Shown: piece by piece, positions 1 through 11,799 of the stretch
How positions within the stretch are numbered: position 1 is the first letter of the stretch
How the letters are laid out: each line of letters starts with the position of its first letter
Origin: Hydrurus foetidus
Taxonomy: Eukaryota
Assembly: GCA_900617105.1 (NCBI GenBank)
Contig: UYFQ01000498.1
Span: 54,589-74,588, forward strand
Direction: 5' to 3'
DNA: 20,000 bases
The notes under the pieces: generated by a model
Seen by the model: only the letters and a program-made list of their open reading frames with translations
Told to the model about the DNA's origin: nothing
Databases searched by the model: none
Translations under genes and position numbers: made by a program

Positions 1-70
1 GGAAGAGCTCTCCTTTGCAGCTGTTCAGCACCGTGTTGGGAGAGTCAAAGCATGGAAGGATGCTCGGTAA
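1..70 (-). CDS. Probable further exon (partial)
   Basis: Long pyrimidine tract and CCCAG| acceptor, then open frame LPSILPCFDSPNTVLNSCKGELF to the window edge. Confidence 0.5.
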
Positions 71-3000
71 CTGGGTGAAGTAAATTGCGTTACGGGGGAT
101 AAAGATGAAATGTGAAATTAGAGACAGCGAAAAAGAAGGTGAAGTGCAGTGATGGAGGTCATATGAAGAAGGAGAAGAGAAGGAGGGAAACAATCGAGGG
201 TGCCTACACGTGTAGAGCAGAGGTGTTTCTATACGGTTGGAATAATTTTTTGGAGTGCAGGAACATTTCCGCGAAATTAGCACGTACAGTTAGTACGTAC
301 TATTTGTACGTACAATCAACACGTACAAACGGTATGTACAAATGTACGCACAACTGCGTACGTACGTACCATGTCGAATAGGTACATGCGCCTGTGGGAG
401 TGCGTGGCTTCTATGACGAACTCGTTGAACCTGTCCGGGTGATCTCGGTAGTATTTCGAAAGCAACGTCATCGCTGTATCTCCATCCTGTGTCGTGTACG
501 TGTACGTGTACGTGCGAGTATGTGTGCATGTGTGTGTGTTAGAGTGTGTGTCCACGCATGCGTGTATGTATGTGTGTATGTATACATGTATGTATAGATG
601 TACGTATACATGTATGTATACATGTATGTATGTACTTACGTATTTATTTATGTATGCAAAAATCAGTCTTACACAACAAATTGTATCAGAAAAGAAAGAA
701 GTAAAACAATTCAACACAACTTTCGATACAGTACAAATCAAACAATATGCTACCTTGTTGGATATAGTGCGATAAGAGGCCTTGAGCACCTCAGTGCTCG
801 TATGTCCGTACTTGAAAGACGCGTTTTTGAACCTTCTAGATATGCCCTGGGGGGATGAGTTGTTCATGTTCATGTTGATGTTCAAGTTGGCGCTTGATGC
901 GCAGCGCGACTCGGAGAGACTAGGGACCGTGCTGTTACCAGAGATGGTGCCGTTATTCTCGGAGTCCTTCAGTGGTGAGTGTGAGTGGTGATTAGTACGA
1001 GTGTGACTGTTTGTCAGTGTGTGGATGGGTGTGTTGTCATTTAGTGTTTGTGTAAGTACATGTGTGCAAGGTGGTGTTTGTGTTCATCAGTGTGTTTGTG
1101 TCAGTGTTTTACTATGTGTATTTTCTCCGACATTCTTGTATTGCGATAAATATTTTTTTTTATGAAAATTTGATTCTGTTCTCAATTTTTCCAAATATCC
1201 CGTCATATTTCACTATTTAATATCACCAAACTGCACTCTGCTCTACCCGTCTAAAATACAGTGACGATGTCTTCAAACATGCAGTTAAAAAGAGGAAAAG
1301 ATATAAGAATAAAAATAAAAGAAGATTTTTGTAGTGTTTACCTCCATCAATTTTCCAGCAAAAGAATTTTTGTTCAAATGTTTCTTGAGCAAATTCATCA
1401 AGTAGACGATAACCTGTGAAATGAAATGGGTGGAGAAGTATATGATTAGGATGATATGAAATACATTTGAAGTAAAGTGAAATAGAGGAATCGATAAATG
1501 AAATGAAATGTTTGGAGGCGATAGTGGAGTGAAGGTAAAGAGTCAAACAAATGCAATAGCAATAAAAAAAAGAATACAGAATAACGATACATCAATTTGT
1601 CATTAATTGGTGTGAACAACCAAAGAATTAAATGTTGAAGATGGAAAGTCTCATACTGATTCTGATAAAATTGGTAACACATAATGAAATGCGTTATAAG
1701 AAAGCAGTATGATGAAATAATATTGACAATAAATGCAGTCCTAATCATATTTCTCATGCAAATAAACACACTGAACAAAATAATTGAATACAATAATACA
1801 ATACAATACAAAATAACATTATAATACATAATAAGTGTAAAACGAAATATAATAATAATATGGTGCTGCATAACTCACTTTTAAATTTCCCGTTGCACAA
1901 GCTTTCATTAAACAAGTGTTGCCATCTTTGTTTTGAGCCGTTAACGATGCTAGAATGTCTTTCTGTGTGAATTCAGCGAGTAGTTTGCCCATTATGTCTT
2001 CATTTCCTTTTTCGCACGCTTTCATAAGTACGGTATCTCCATTTGTATTTTTATAAGATACATCCGCTCCTGTAAAGTCATCAAAAAGTGTTTGAATTTG
2101 CATTAGAGTATTGCTGGTGGAGGAAGTGGTGATTACATTTTGCTGTTTATTGTATTATTTTGATGTAACAGACATGACATTATCTCAAATCTCCACAGAA
2201 GTTCATCGTGATAAAAATATCAACGAAGTCCAAATGACTGTTCGTTTTCCTCTTGTTCATCTTAAGTGTTTACATTAGGACAAATTAGAGTACACAAAAA
2301 TCAATTCTATGTGAGTGCGTGAAATGCGAAAATGTGATTTAATTTTGATGCAGAATAGCTGCGATTTCATTTTTTTAGCCGCTAAAAAAAAAAAATCGGC
2401 ATTAAAAACGAAATGACCCCTCTTGACGGAGCGCACCAGTACAATGAATGCAGAGAACTCCCATCTTAACATATGTGAATGCCGTACCTAAATTGATCAG
2501 ATGTTCTACTATATCTGCTTTTCCCCCCTGGCAAGCCATAGTCAAAGCGTTCTCGGTCTGGAGGGAAATAGAGTGACGAAATGAAAGGAGATAAGAATAA
2601 AATGCCAAAAATCAAATAGCGTAGATGACAATTGAAAAGGAGTATAAGAAAGGATGACAATAATAATAAGGATAATAATAATAAAAATAATAATAATAAC
2701 AAAAATAATAATAAAAATAATAATAAAAATAAGGATAATAATAATAAAAATAATGATAATAATAAAAATAAGGATAATAATAAAAATAATAATAATAATA
2801 ATAAAAATAAGGATAACAAAAATAAAAATAATAATAAGGATAATAATAATAATAAATAACAATCAAAGGGCAAGAAAACGTGCAAAATAAAAACTAATTC
2901 ATAGAACCGCGTATGTGACGTCATTTGAAATAATAAAAGATAAAATAGAGTGCAAACACATGGAGACACGCAATGCTAGCTGACTATAAAAGTTATTATT

Positions 3001-6000
3001 TATTTATTTATTTATTTTGTTTTGTGTACAACAGGATAGATAAAAAAACGAGGAAATCTACGGGTTAGAAAAATGGAGAAGGAGGGTATATAAAGTAAAG
3101 TAGCATGATAAAAATGGATAAAAAGAATGAAATAGAAAGGAAGACAAGTTGAATCTCCTACCTTGTCGTTGTTTTGTATGGTTATGTCTGCTTGATGATC
3201 AGTCAAACACTTAACAATTAAACCGTGACCTTTAACAGCCGCAAGCATGAGTGCCGATACTCCTCTCTTACTCGTTTGATTCAGATCGGTCTCTTCATTC
3301 TGACACAGACTAAACACAATATCGTAATGACCATTCTCCGCTGCCATTACCAAAGCAGTTTTTCCGAATTTATTTGATAAATTCAAATTGGCCCCATTGC
3401 CAATCAATAAATCAACACATTCTTTGTGTCCGTTTTCAGCTGCCAATATTAAAGCTGTGTACTCATATTCGTTTGATAGGTCTATTTTCAATTTTTCGTA
3501 TCGACTTAATATTACCTCCACCACTTCTGGTTTGCCAAATTCTGACGCAAGCATTAAAGCGGTATTCTTGAACTGCAAACGAGAACAAGAAATTGGGAAA
3601 AAGGAAATGAAAAGTGAATACAAAAGTAAGTAAATACACAAAGTTGACTATTATTAAATAATAAGTATAAAAAATAAAAATAAGTTGACTATAAAAATAA
3701 AAAGTCGGTGAATGTCAGTGACACTTTCAACAAGTCGGTATTGTAATTCAGCATAAGAATGCACTATTAGAAGTGTGTTTGATTCAAGGAGTGATTTAAT
3801 TGTTTACGTTCTATTGGATAATATTAAATTTCATGCGTCATATAAAATACCCAACAGTAAAAAATATGAAACAAATCACCACTGTAAATAGAACACTTCT
3901 ATTGTTAAATCATTTGCATCAATAATATAATAGCAATAACTTACACTGTTCTGTAGATTAAGGTCGGCATTCAAATCGATCAACACTTCCGCCACTCTTT
4001 CATGTCCTTTCTCTGCTGCTTTCATTAGAGCTGTCGTTTGATTCTATGAGAAATAAAAAAGGAAAAAAAAGAAGAAGAAAAAGAAAGAAATGAGAAATGA
4101 AAAAGAAAAAAACAAACAAAATGAAATAAGAGATAAAACATCAGCAGTAACTTGACAAATCAAAATGCAATTGTTAGATCAATAAAATCATGCCTACATT
4201 AATCTAAACAATGAATATATTCAGTCACACGTTTTCCAGCCTAGCTATATCTAGTAGTATTATGCACATTAATTCACAAGATTATTATCCACAAGATTTC
4301 CTTGCATACGCATTACTAATTTAAGATACTCTTGTACTAAATAAATAATTGGAGGCTGATTATCATCACTCAAGTGACTTTAAAAATAATGGAATATAAT
4401 AAAATAAAAATCAGTACTATTTATTTGTACAGAATTTTGTCACGGAAGAGATTAAACAAATCAAGTAAAATAAAAAAAACAAAAAAAACAAATTTAAATA
4501 AAAAAAGTAAAGTAATTACTTCTACACGTAATGTTATATTTATTAAAATCGTGGCATATTTGATATTTACCCATCCAGCTTTGAGATCGACATTTGCTTT
4601 CCCTGCCTCGCACAACCTCTTGACCGTGTCAACGTGGCCGTTTTTCGATGCAAGTATCAACGGGGTGTAATTATCCTAAGTAAAATAGAAGTGGAAAAAA
4701 AAAGAAATTAGAAAAAGTTAAAATAAAATATATACATACTTTATTTTAATAATCTTGAAATAATATCATTATAACATGAATAACAAAAAAAATGCAGAAG
4801 CTGTAAAATCAGCAGGTAAAATCCAACAAACTAACACATAGAATGCTATTCAATAGAGGGACATGTCATGACATCATTCATATTCACACAATACAATACA
4901 ATACAATACAATGCTATTCAATAGAGGGACATGTCATGACATCATTCATATTCACACAATACAATACAATACAATACAATATTCAATAGAGGGACATGTC
5001 ATGACATCATTCATATTCACACAATACAATACAATACAATACAATACTATTCAATAGAGGGACATGTCATGACATCATTCATATTCACACAATACAATAC
5101 AATACAATACAATGCTATTCAATAGAAGGACATGTCATGACATCATTCATATTCACACAATACAATACAATACAATACAATACAATACAATGCTATTCAA
5201 TAGAGGGACATGTCATGACATCATTCATATTCACAATACAATACAATACAATACAATACTATTCAATAGAAGGACATGTCATGACATCATTCATATTCAC
5301 ACAATACAATACAATACAATACAATACAATACAATTCAATAGAAGGACATGTCATGACATCATTCATATTCACAATACAATACAATACAATACAATACAA
5401 TGCTATTCAATAGAGGGACATGTCATGACATCATTCATATTCACACAATACAATACAATACAATACAATACAATACAATTCAATAGAAGGACATGTCATG
5501 ACATCATTCATATTCACACAATACAATACAATACAATACAATACTATTCAATAGAGGGACATGTCATGACATCATTCATATTCACACAATACAATACAAT
5601 ACAATACAATGCTATTCAATAGAGGGACATGTCATGACATCATTCATATTCACACAATACAATACAATACAATACAATACTATTCAATAGAGGGACATGT
5701 CATGACATCATTCATATTCACACAATACAATACAATACAATACAATGCTATTCAATAGAAGGACATGTCATGACATCATTCATATTCACACAATACAATA
5801 CAATACAATACAATATATTCAATAGAAGGACATGTCATGACATCATTCATATTCTCACAATACAATACAATACAATACAATACAATACAATACAATACAA
5901 TTATTCAATAGAGGGACATGTCATGACATCATTCATATTCACAATACAATACAATACAATACAATACAATACAATACTATTCAATAGAGGGACATGTCAT

Positions 6001-9000
6001 GACATCATTCATATTCACAATACAATACAATACAATACAATACAATGCTATTCAGTAGAAGGACATGTCATGACATCATTCATATTCTCACAATACAATA
6101 CAATACAATACAATACAATACAATGCTATTCAATAGAAGGACATGTCATGACATCATTCATATTCTCACAATACAATACAATACAATACAATGCTATTCA
6201 ATAGAAGGACATGTCATGACATCATTCATATTCTCACAATACAATACAATACAATACAATGCTATTCAGTAGAAGGACATGTCATGACATCATTCATATT
6301 CACAATACAATACAATACAATACAATACAATGCTATTCAATAGAAGGACATGTCATGACATCATTCATATTCACACAATACAATACAATACAATACAATA
6401 CAATGCTATTCAATAGAGGGACATGTCATGACATCATTCATATTCACACAATACAATACAATACAATACTATTCAATAGAAGGACATGTCATGACATCAT
6501 TCATATTCACACAATACAATACAATACAATACAATACAATGCTATTCAGTAGAAGGACATGTCATGACATCATTCATATTCACACAATACAATACAATAC
6601 AATACAATACAATGCTATTCAATAGAAGGACATGTCATGACATCATTCATATTCACAATACAATACAATACAATACAATGCTATTCAATAGAAGGACATG
6701 TCATGACATCATTCATATTCACACAATACAATACAATACAATACAATGCTATTCAATAGAAGGACATGTCATGACATCATTCATATTCACACAATACAAT
6801 ACAATACAATACAATACAATTCAGTAGAAGGACATGTCATGACATCATTCATATTCACAATACAATACAATACAATACAATACAATGCTATTCAGTAGAG
6901 GGACATGTCATGACATCATTCATATTCTCACAATACAATACAATACAATACAATACAATACAATGCTATTCAATAGAAGGACATGTCATGACATCATTCA
7001 TATTCTCACAATACAATACAATACAATACAATACAATGCTATTCAATAGAAGGACATGTCATGACATCATTCATATTCACACAATACAATACAATACAAT
7101 ACAATACTATTCAATAGAAGGACATGTCATGACATCATTCATATTCACACAATACAATACAATACAATACAATACAATACAATACAATACAATGCTATTC
7201 AATAGAAGGACATGTCATGACATCATTCATATTCATACAATACAATACAATACAATACAATACAATTCAATAGAGGGACATGTCATGACATCATTCATAT
7301 TCACACAATACAATACAATACAATACAATACAATACAATACAATACAATACAATACAATACAATACAATACAATACAATACAATACAATACAATACAATA
7401 CAATGCTATTCAATAGAGGGACATGTCATGACATCATTCATATTCACACAATACAATACAATACTATTCAATAGAGGGACATGTCATGACATCATTCATA
7501 TTCACACAATACAATACAATACAATGCTATTCAATAGAGGGACATGTCATGACATCATTCATATTCACACAATACAATACAATACAATGCTATTCAATAG
7601 AGGGACATGTCATGACATCATTCATATTCACACAATACAATACAATACAATACAATACAATACAATACAATGCTATTCAATAGAGGGACATGTCATGACA
7701 TCATTCATATTCACACAATACAATACAATACAATGCTATTCAATAGAGGGACATGTCATGACATCATTCATATTCACACAATACAATACAATACAATACT
7801 ATTCAATAGAGGGACATGTCATGACATCATTCATATTCACACAATACAATACAATACAATACTATTAATAGAGGGACATGTCATGACATCATTCATATTC
7901 ACACAATACAATACAATACAATGCTATTCAATAGAGGGACATGTCATGACATCATTCATATTCACACAATACAATACAATACAATACAATACATTCAATA
8001 GAGGGACATGTCATGACATCATTCATATTCACACAATACAATACAATACTATTCAATAGAGGGACATGTCATGACATCATTCATATTCACACAATACAAT
8101 ACAATACAATACAATGCTATTCAATAGAGGGACATGTCATGACATCATTCATATTCACACAATACAATACAATACAATACTATTCAATAGAGGGACATGT
8201 CATGACATCATTCATATTCACACAATACAATACAATACAATACAATGCTATTCAATAGAGGGACATGTCATGACATCATTCATATTCACACAATACAATA
8301 CAATACAATACAATACAATACAATACAATGCTATTCAATAGAGGGACATGTCATGACATCATTCATATTCACACAATACAATACAATACAATACAATACA
8401 ATACAATAGAGGGACATGTCATGACATCATTCATATTCACACAATACAATACAATACAATACAATACAATACAATGCTATTCAATAGAGGGACATGTCAT
8501 GACATCATTCATATTCACACAATACAATACAATACAATATTCAATAGAGGGACATGTCATGACATCATTCATATTCACACAATACAATACAATACAATAC
8601 AATGCTATTCAATAGAGGGACATGTCATGACATCATTCATATTCACACAATACAATACAATACAATACAATACAATACTATTCAATAGAGGGACATGTCA
8701 TGACATCATTCATATTCACACAATACAATACAATACCATTCAATAGAGGGACATGTCATGACATCATTCATATTCACACAATACAATACAATACAATACA
8801 ATGCTATTCAATAGAGGGACATGTCATGACATCATTCATATTCACACAATACAATACAATACAATACTATTCAATAGAGGGACATGTCATGACATCATTC
8901 ATATTCACACAATACAATACAATACAATACAATACTATTCAATAGAGGGACATGTCATGACATCATTCATATTCACACAATACAATACAATACAATACAA

Positions 9001-9841
9001 TACTATACAATACAATGCTATTCAATAGAAGGACATGTCATGACATCATTCATATTCACACAATACAATACAATACAATACAATACTATACAATAGAGGG
9101 ACATGTCATGACATCATTCATATTCACACAATACAATACAATGCTATTCAATAGAGGGACATGTCATGACATCATTCATATTCACACAATACAATACAAT
9201 ACAATACAATACAATTCAATAGAGGGACATGTCATGACATCATTCATATTCACACAATACAATACAATACAATACAATACAATACCATTCAATAGAGGGA
9301 CATGTCATGACATCATTCATATTCACACAATACAATACAATACAATACAATACCATTCAATAGAGGGACATGTCATGACATCATTCATATTCACACAATA
9401 CAATACAATACAATACTATTCAATAGAGGGACATGTCATGACATCATTCATATTCACACAATACAATACAATACAATACAATGCTATTCAATAGAGGGAC
9501 ATGTCATGACATCATTCATCGATATGGTTACTTTTTCATTCTGTTTACGGGACTGATTGAATCAGACGTTTAGCGATTTTATTTCATACGGAAGTTTCTT
9601 TGCAGCTGTTCACCTTATCATCGCCGATATCCATGACGCTTATTGCTTTCTCAAGGAAAGCATCATCCAGCTTCTCAACAAACCCCTTCGCCGCATATTC
9701 ATAAAGCAGTTGACGCGTCTTCTCTATATCGTAGCAAGGCATGTCAATATCAACGGAGCCAGATATAGTATCGTTATATTTTCTCCACACTTTTGCTCTC
9801 GTTGTCTCAACCTCCAACCCCATTGGTGAGGTTGTCGTCAT
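1..9841 (-). CDS. Multi-exon ankyrin-repeat protein gene (3' end runs off window). Exons on minus strand: 9841-9614, 4675-4571, 4043-3945, 3572-3162, 2557-2488, 2069-1879, 1413-1342, uncertain exon ~1250-754, 486-370, 70-<1
   Basis: Manual splicing at GT-AG sites with matching phases gives consecutive ankyrin motifs: ...LYEYAAKG...DIGDDK|DNYTPLILASKNGHVDTVKRL...|NQTTALMKAAEKGHERVAEVL...|FKNTALMLASEFGK...EYTALILAAENGHKECVDLL...GKTALVMAAENGH...GVSALMLAAVKGH...|TENALTMACQGGK...G|ADVSYKNTNGDTVLMKACEKGN...GNTCLMKACATGNLK|VIVYL...NK|DGDTAMTLL. Introns are AT-rich or microsatellite-rich. Confidence 0.85.
370..486 (-). CDS. Ankyrin gene exon (39 aa)
   Basis: CACAG|GATGGA...GACATG|GTACGT; DGDTAMTLLSKYYRDHPDRFNEFVIEATHSHRRMYLFDM; phase 0/0. 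Confidence 0.75.
490..655. repeat. Intronic degenerate (TGTA/CGTG/TG)n microsatellite
   Basis: Alternating purine-pyrimidine runs such as gtgtacgtgtacgtgtacg and atgtatgtatacatgtatg; a related (CGTA)n stretch lies at ~282-369. Confidence 0.85.
754..1250 (-). CDS. Uncertain T/S/N/H-rich linker exon of the ankyrin gene (frame disrupted)
   Basis: Good acceptor at 1252-1251 and donor AAG|GTAGCA at 753-752. Frame open 1083-754 (...SYRTISNK). However 497 nt is not a multiple of 3 and stops occur near 1203 and at 1089-1084. Confidence 0.4.
1342..1413 (-). CDS. Ankyrin gene exon (24 aa)
   Basis: TTTCACAG|GTTATC...ATGGAG|GTAAAC; VIVYLMNLLKKHLNKNSFAGKLME completes the GNLKVIVYL helix. Confidence 0.8.
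1879..2069 (-). CDS. Ankyrin exon (two repeats)
   Basis: TTTACAG|GAGCGG...TTAAAA|GTGAGT; GDTVLMKACEKGNEDIM...DGNTCLMKACATGNLK. Confidence 0.9.
2488..2557 (-). CDS. Ankyrin exon
   Basis: TCCAG|ACCGAG...TTAG|GTACGG; TENALTMACQGGKADIVEHLINL plus one G. The phase 1 end matches the next exon (G+GA = Gly). Confidence 0.85.
2655..2862. repeat. Intronic (AAT)n-based low-complexity microsatellite with recurring AAGGATAATAAT units
   Basis: Directly visible; produces the spurious poly-N, poly-I and poly-Y ORFs. Confidence 0.9.
3162..3572 (-). CDS. Ankyrin exon (137 aa, four repeats)
   Basis: TTGCAG|TTCAAG...GACAAG|GTAGGA; core of ORF 3012..3641 with four TAL/SAL-xx-A-xx-G motifs. Confidence 0.93.
3945..4043 (-). 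CDS. Ankyrin exon (33 aa, exactly one repeat; missed by the ORF track)
   Basis: CATAG|AATCAA...AACAGT|GTAAGT; NQTTALMKAAEKGHERVAEVLIDLNADLNLQNS; 99 nt, phase 0/0. Confidence 0.9.
4571..4675 (-). CDS. Ankyrin exon (35 aa, one repeat)
   Basis: CTTAG|GATAAT...GGATGG|GTAAAT; DNYTPLILASKNGHVDTVKRLCEAGKANVDLKAGW; 105 nt, phase 0/0. Confidence 0.9.
4842..9519. repeat. Compound tandem satellite: ~67 copies of core AAT(G/A)CTATTCAATAGA(G/A)GGACATGTCATGACATCATTCAT separated by ATTCACA(CAATA)n linkers
   Basis: Manual count of about 67 GACATGTCATGAC motifs. Unit length is mostly 58-88 bp in steps of about 5; one linker at ~7305-7403 has about 20 CAATA copies. Confidence 0.97.
9614..9841 (-). CDS. Probable first/upstream exon of the ankyrin gene (N-terminal capping repeat)
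   Basis: ORF 9584..9841 encodes QLLYEYAAKGFVEKLDDAFLEKAISVMDIGDDK. An AAG|GTGAAC donor (9613-9612) is in phase 0 and joins DNYTPLILASKNGH to give an ankyrin D-x-D-x-x-x-TPL junction. The ATG at 9841 is preceded by TTTACAG, so it may instead be an acceptor. Confidence 0.65.
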
Positions 9842-11799
9842 CTGTAAAAGTTCCGATTACCAACTGTACGCTCAACCGAGACCTCGTTTGCTCTGAATTT
9901 TGGGAACGAAATGAAATAAGGCCACTGTTTTTGCAAATAGGAGAGCAGCTTCCGTTCCATTCAAGAATACAGCTCACCGATGAGTCAGTAGACTGCATGG
10001 AACTGTCCCCATAAGAAGCTCGCATCAACCTTGTTGGGCATCATTTTGCGCTCACAGTTGCTGTCAACAGAGCCTATTAATCCGGCATGAAGCACGGGGT
10101 AACGATGGCGTCGGTCCATTCGCTCAGAAGTTTGACCTTTATGCTTTATGCACAAAGCACAGGGCCACTCTCGACTCCCGATGTTGAATTGATCTGCATG
10201 GAACCGTAAGCGACAGAGCCGTACGTACGTTCATATGACACTACAGCTTACAGTAACTTTAGATGCTACTGTACTTTCCCACCAATGGCATCGATAGGGT
10301 CCAACGCTAGAAGCACTTGTGTAGACGTGTGGTCGGACAACTTATGCATCGTATAGTGCATACTATGGTATGTATAGCTTATACACTCAACATACTTCCT
10401 ACACGTGTGATGGTACAGGATTTAGTACCAGATTCCTACCCTCTCTAGTACCGTATAGCCGTTTGTACATGTGACTGAGAGTCCTTCTGACATCTCGCAG
10501 CTTGTTAGCTTACCTTGCAACCTTTGCATGCAGAGTTTTACACCTCTGCAAGCTCACCACTTCTCATTCCGTTGTAAGCTAAACTACCTTTCTGCACCCT
10601 TCTAGCTTCAGTGGACTACAGTAGATCTACTCGTTCTACCTTCCCTCTAAATTCTACTACTTGGCCCCTACTACCATCCATCTATTTAGCTAGACTTCTG
10701 TCCACGCGGTCCGCCGAGTTAGCAGAAGTCCTTCCAAAGCATTTGGTCGGAGAACTCAGGATTGGAGGCAAACGTTGTCAACAAAAGACACATTTCGCGC
10801 CCAGCTTTCGATATCGGTGTAACATAGGTATCCCCTATTTTAATTTCATAAGCCGATCAAGACTTCCAAGCCCCAAGAAACCCTTGGCGCCTTCAAGATC
10901 TTCAAAGGAGGACAAGCTCAAGAACTTCACGGATAACCCGATCGCCACGTCGGTTGCCAGCTTTAAGCCATTTCGACGCCAGCTGAAGAACAGAAGTCAA
11001 TTCCTGATTGAAGCAACATGGTCCCCTATCTGAATTGCACAAGACTTAGTGGGCAATCATCGACGGGACTTCAAGCCTGTTTCAAGACTCAAGGAAGCCC
11101 TCAAACGCTCCTTTGGATCCTCCAACAGCGACCTGTGTGGTCGTACCGGGTATACCGGGCCTACGGGCCGTACCACACCTAGTCACGATCCATCCGATCC
11201 TCCCGCCTACCGTACACTTACATCCTTTCATACTGCTAGCTAGCTCCAGCCTACTCGTAGAAGTTTACTCTAGCTTCTAGCTTAGCCTGTAACCTAACTA
11301 ACGCCTACCTTTCTATCGACCTACTTCTATTCGGACTACAATAGCGCTATTCGTCCATTCCTTTCTCTTCTACCTCTCAGTCCCTCTACTCGTCTGACCT
11401 GTAGATAAGACCTCTGAGCAGCTGCTCGTCGACTTCATAGCCGACTTCTCTTGTGGCCATTGGCTCGGAGATTTGTAGTTTAAGTTAGAGAAAGTCAGAT
11501 TACCTGCTTTCTTGGAATCCCTGAGTTTGGGCTCTTCCATTCTTTGCATTTTCGGTGGAAGTTGAAAGGTCCTTCCCGAGAATCATTGAAGACTTGTTCC
11601 GCTGGCTGTTTGAATCACAGATTCATCACCAGAGACATAAGATAAGTCAAGAGACGTCTTTTAGTCGCTGATGAACAGCGTCTTACACCCTTTTGGGTAC
11701 CCATATTTCTTACCACTCAAAATTTGGCTCTTACGCCATAGAACTTTTCAGTTCAAGAGTTGGTTAGAATCTTTTAACGCGTTGTTACTGACGTTGCGG

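Noticed and set aside
290..858. YV/MY/HT-repeat ORFs on both strands
   Set aside because: These come from intronic TGTA-type microsatellites; only the spliced minus-strand segments look coding.
2466..2969. Poly-N, poly-I, poly-Y and poly-L ORFs
   Set aside because: Artefacts of an intronic (AAT)n microsatellite.
4858..4868. p53-like half-site GGACATGTCA in the satellite core
   Set aside because: Imperfect match to RRRCWWGYYY, only a half-site, and no evidence the host has this family.
5112..9494. Many ORFs with QYNTI/RTCHDIIHIH repeats
   Set aside because: These are translations of the satellite; the frame changes with each 5-bp linker step.
4842..9519. CRISPR array
   Set aside because: The repeat-spacer-repeat layout and palindromic repeat are superficially similar. 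However the spacers are all the same (CAATA)n microsatellite rather than unique sequences, there are no cas genes, and the context is a eukaryotic intron.
10611..11243. ORFs 10611..11033 and 11049..11243 as genes
   Set aside because: GTG starts, no recognisable motifs, and no splice-consistent model.
11665..11700. Hammerhead ribozyme (CTGATGA at ~11668) suggesting a retrozyme
   Set aside because: No stem II followed by GAAA; the motif sits in a simple CGCTG/CAGCG hairpin.
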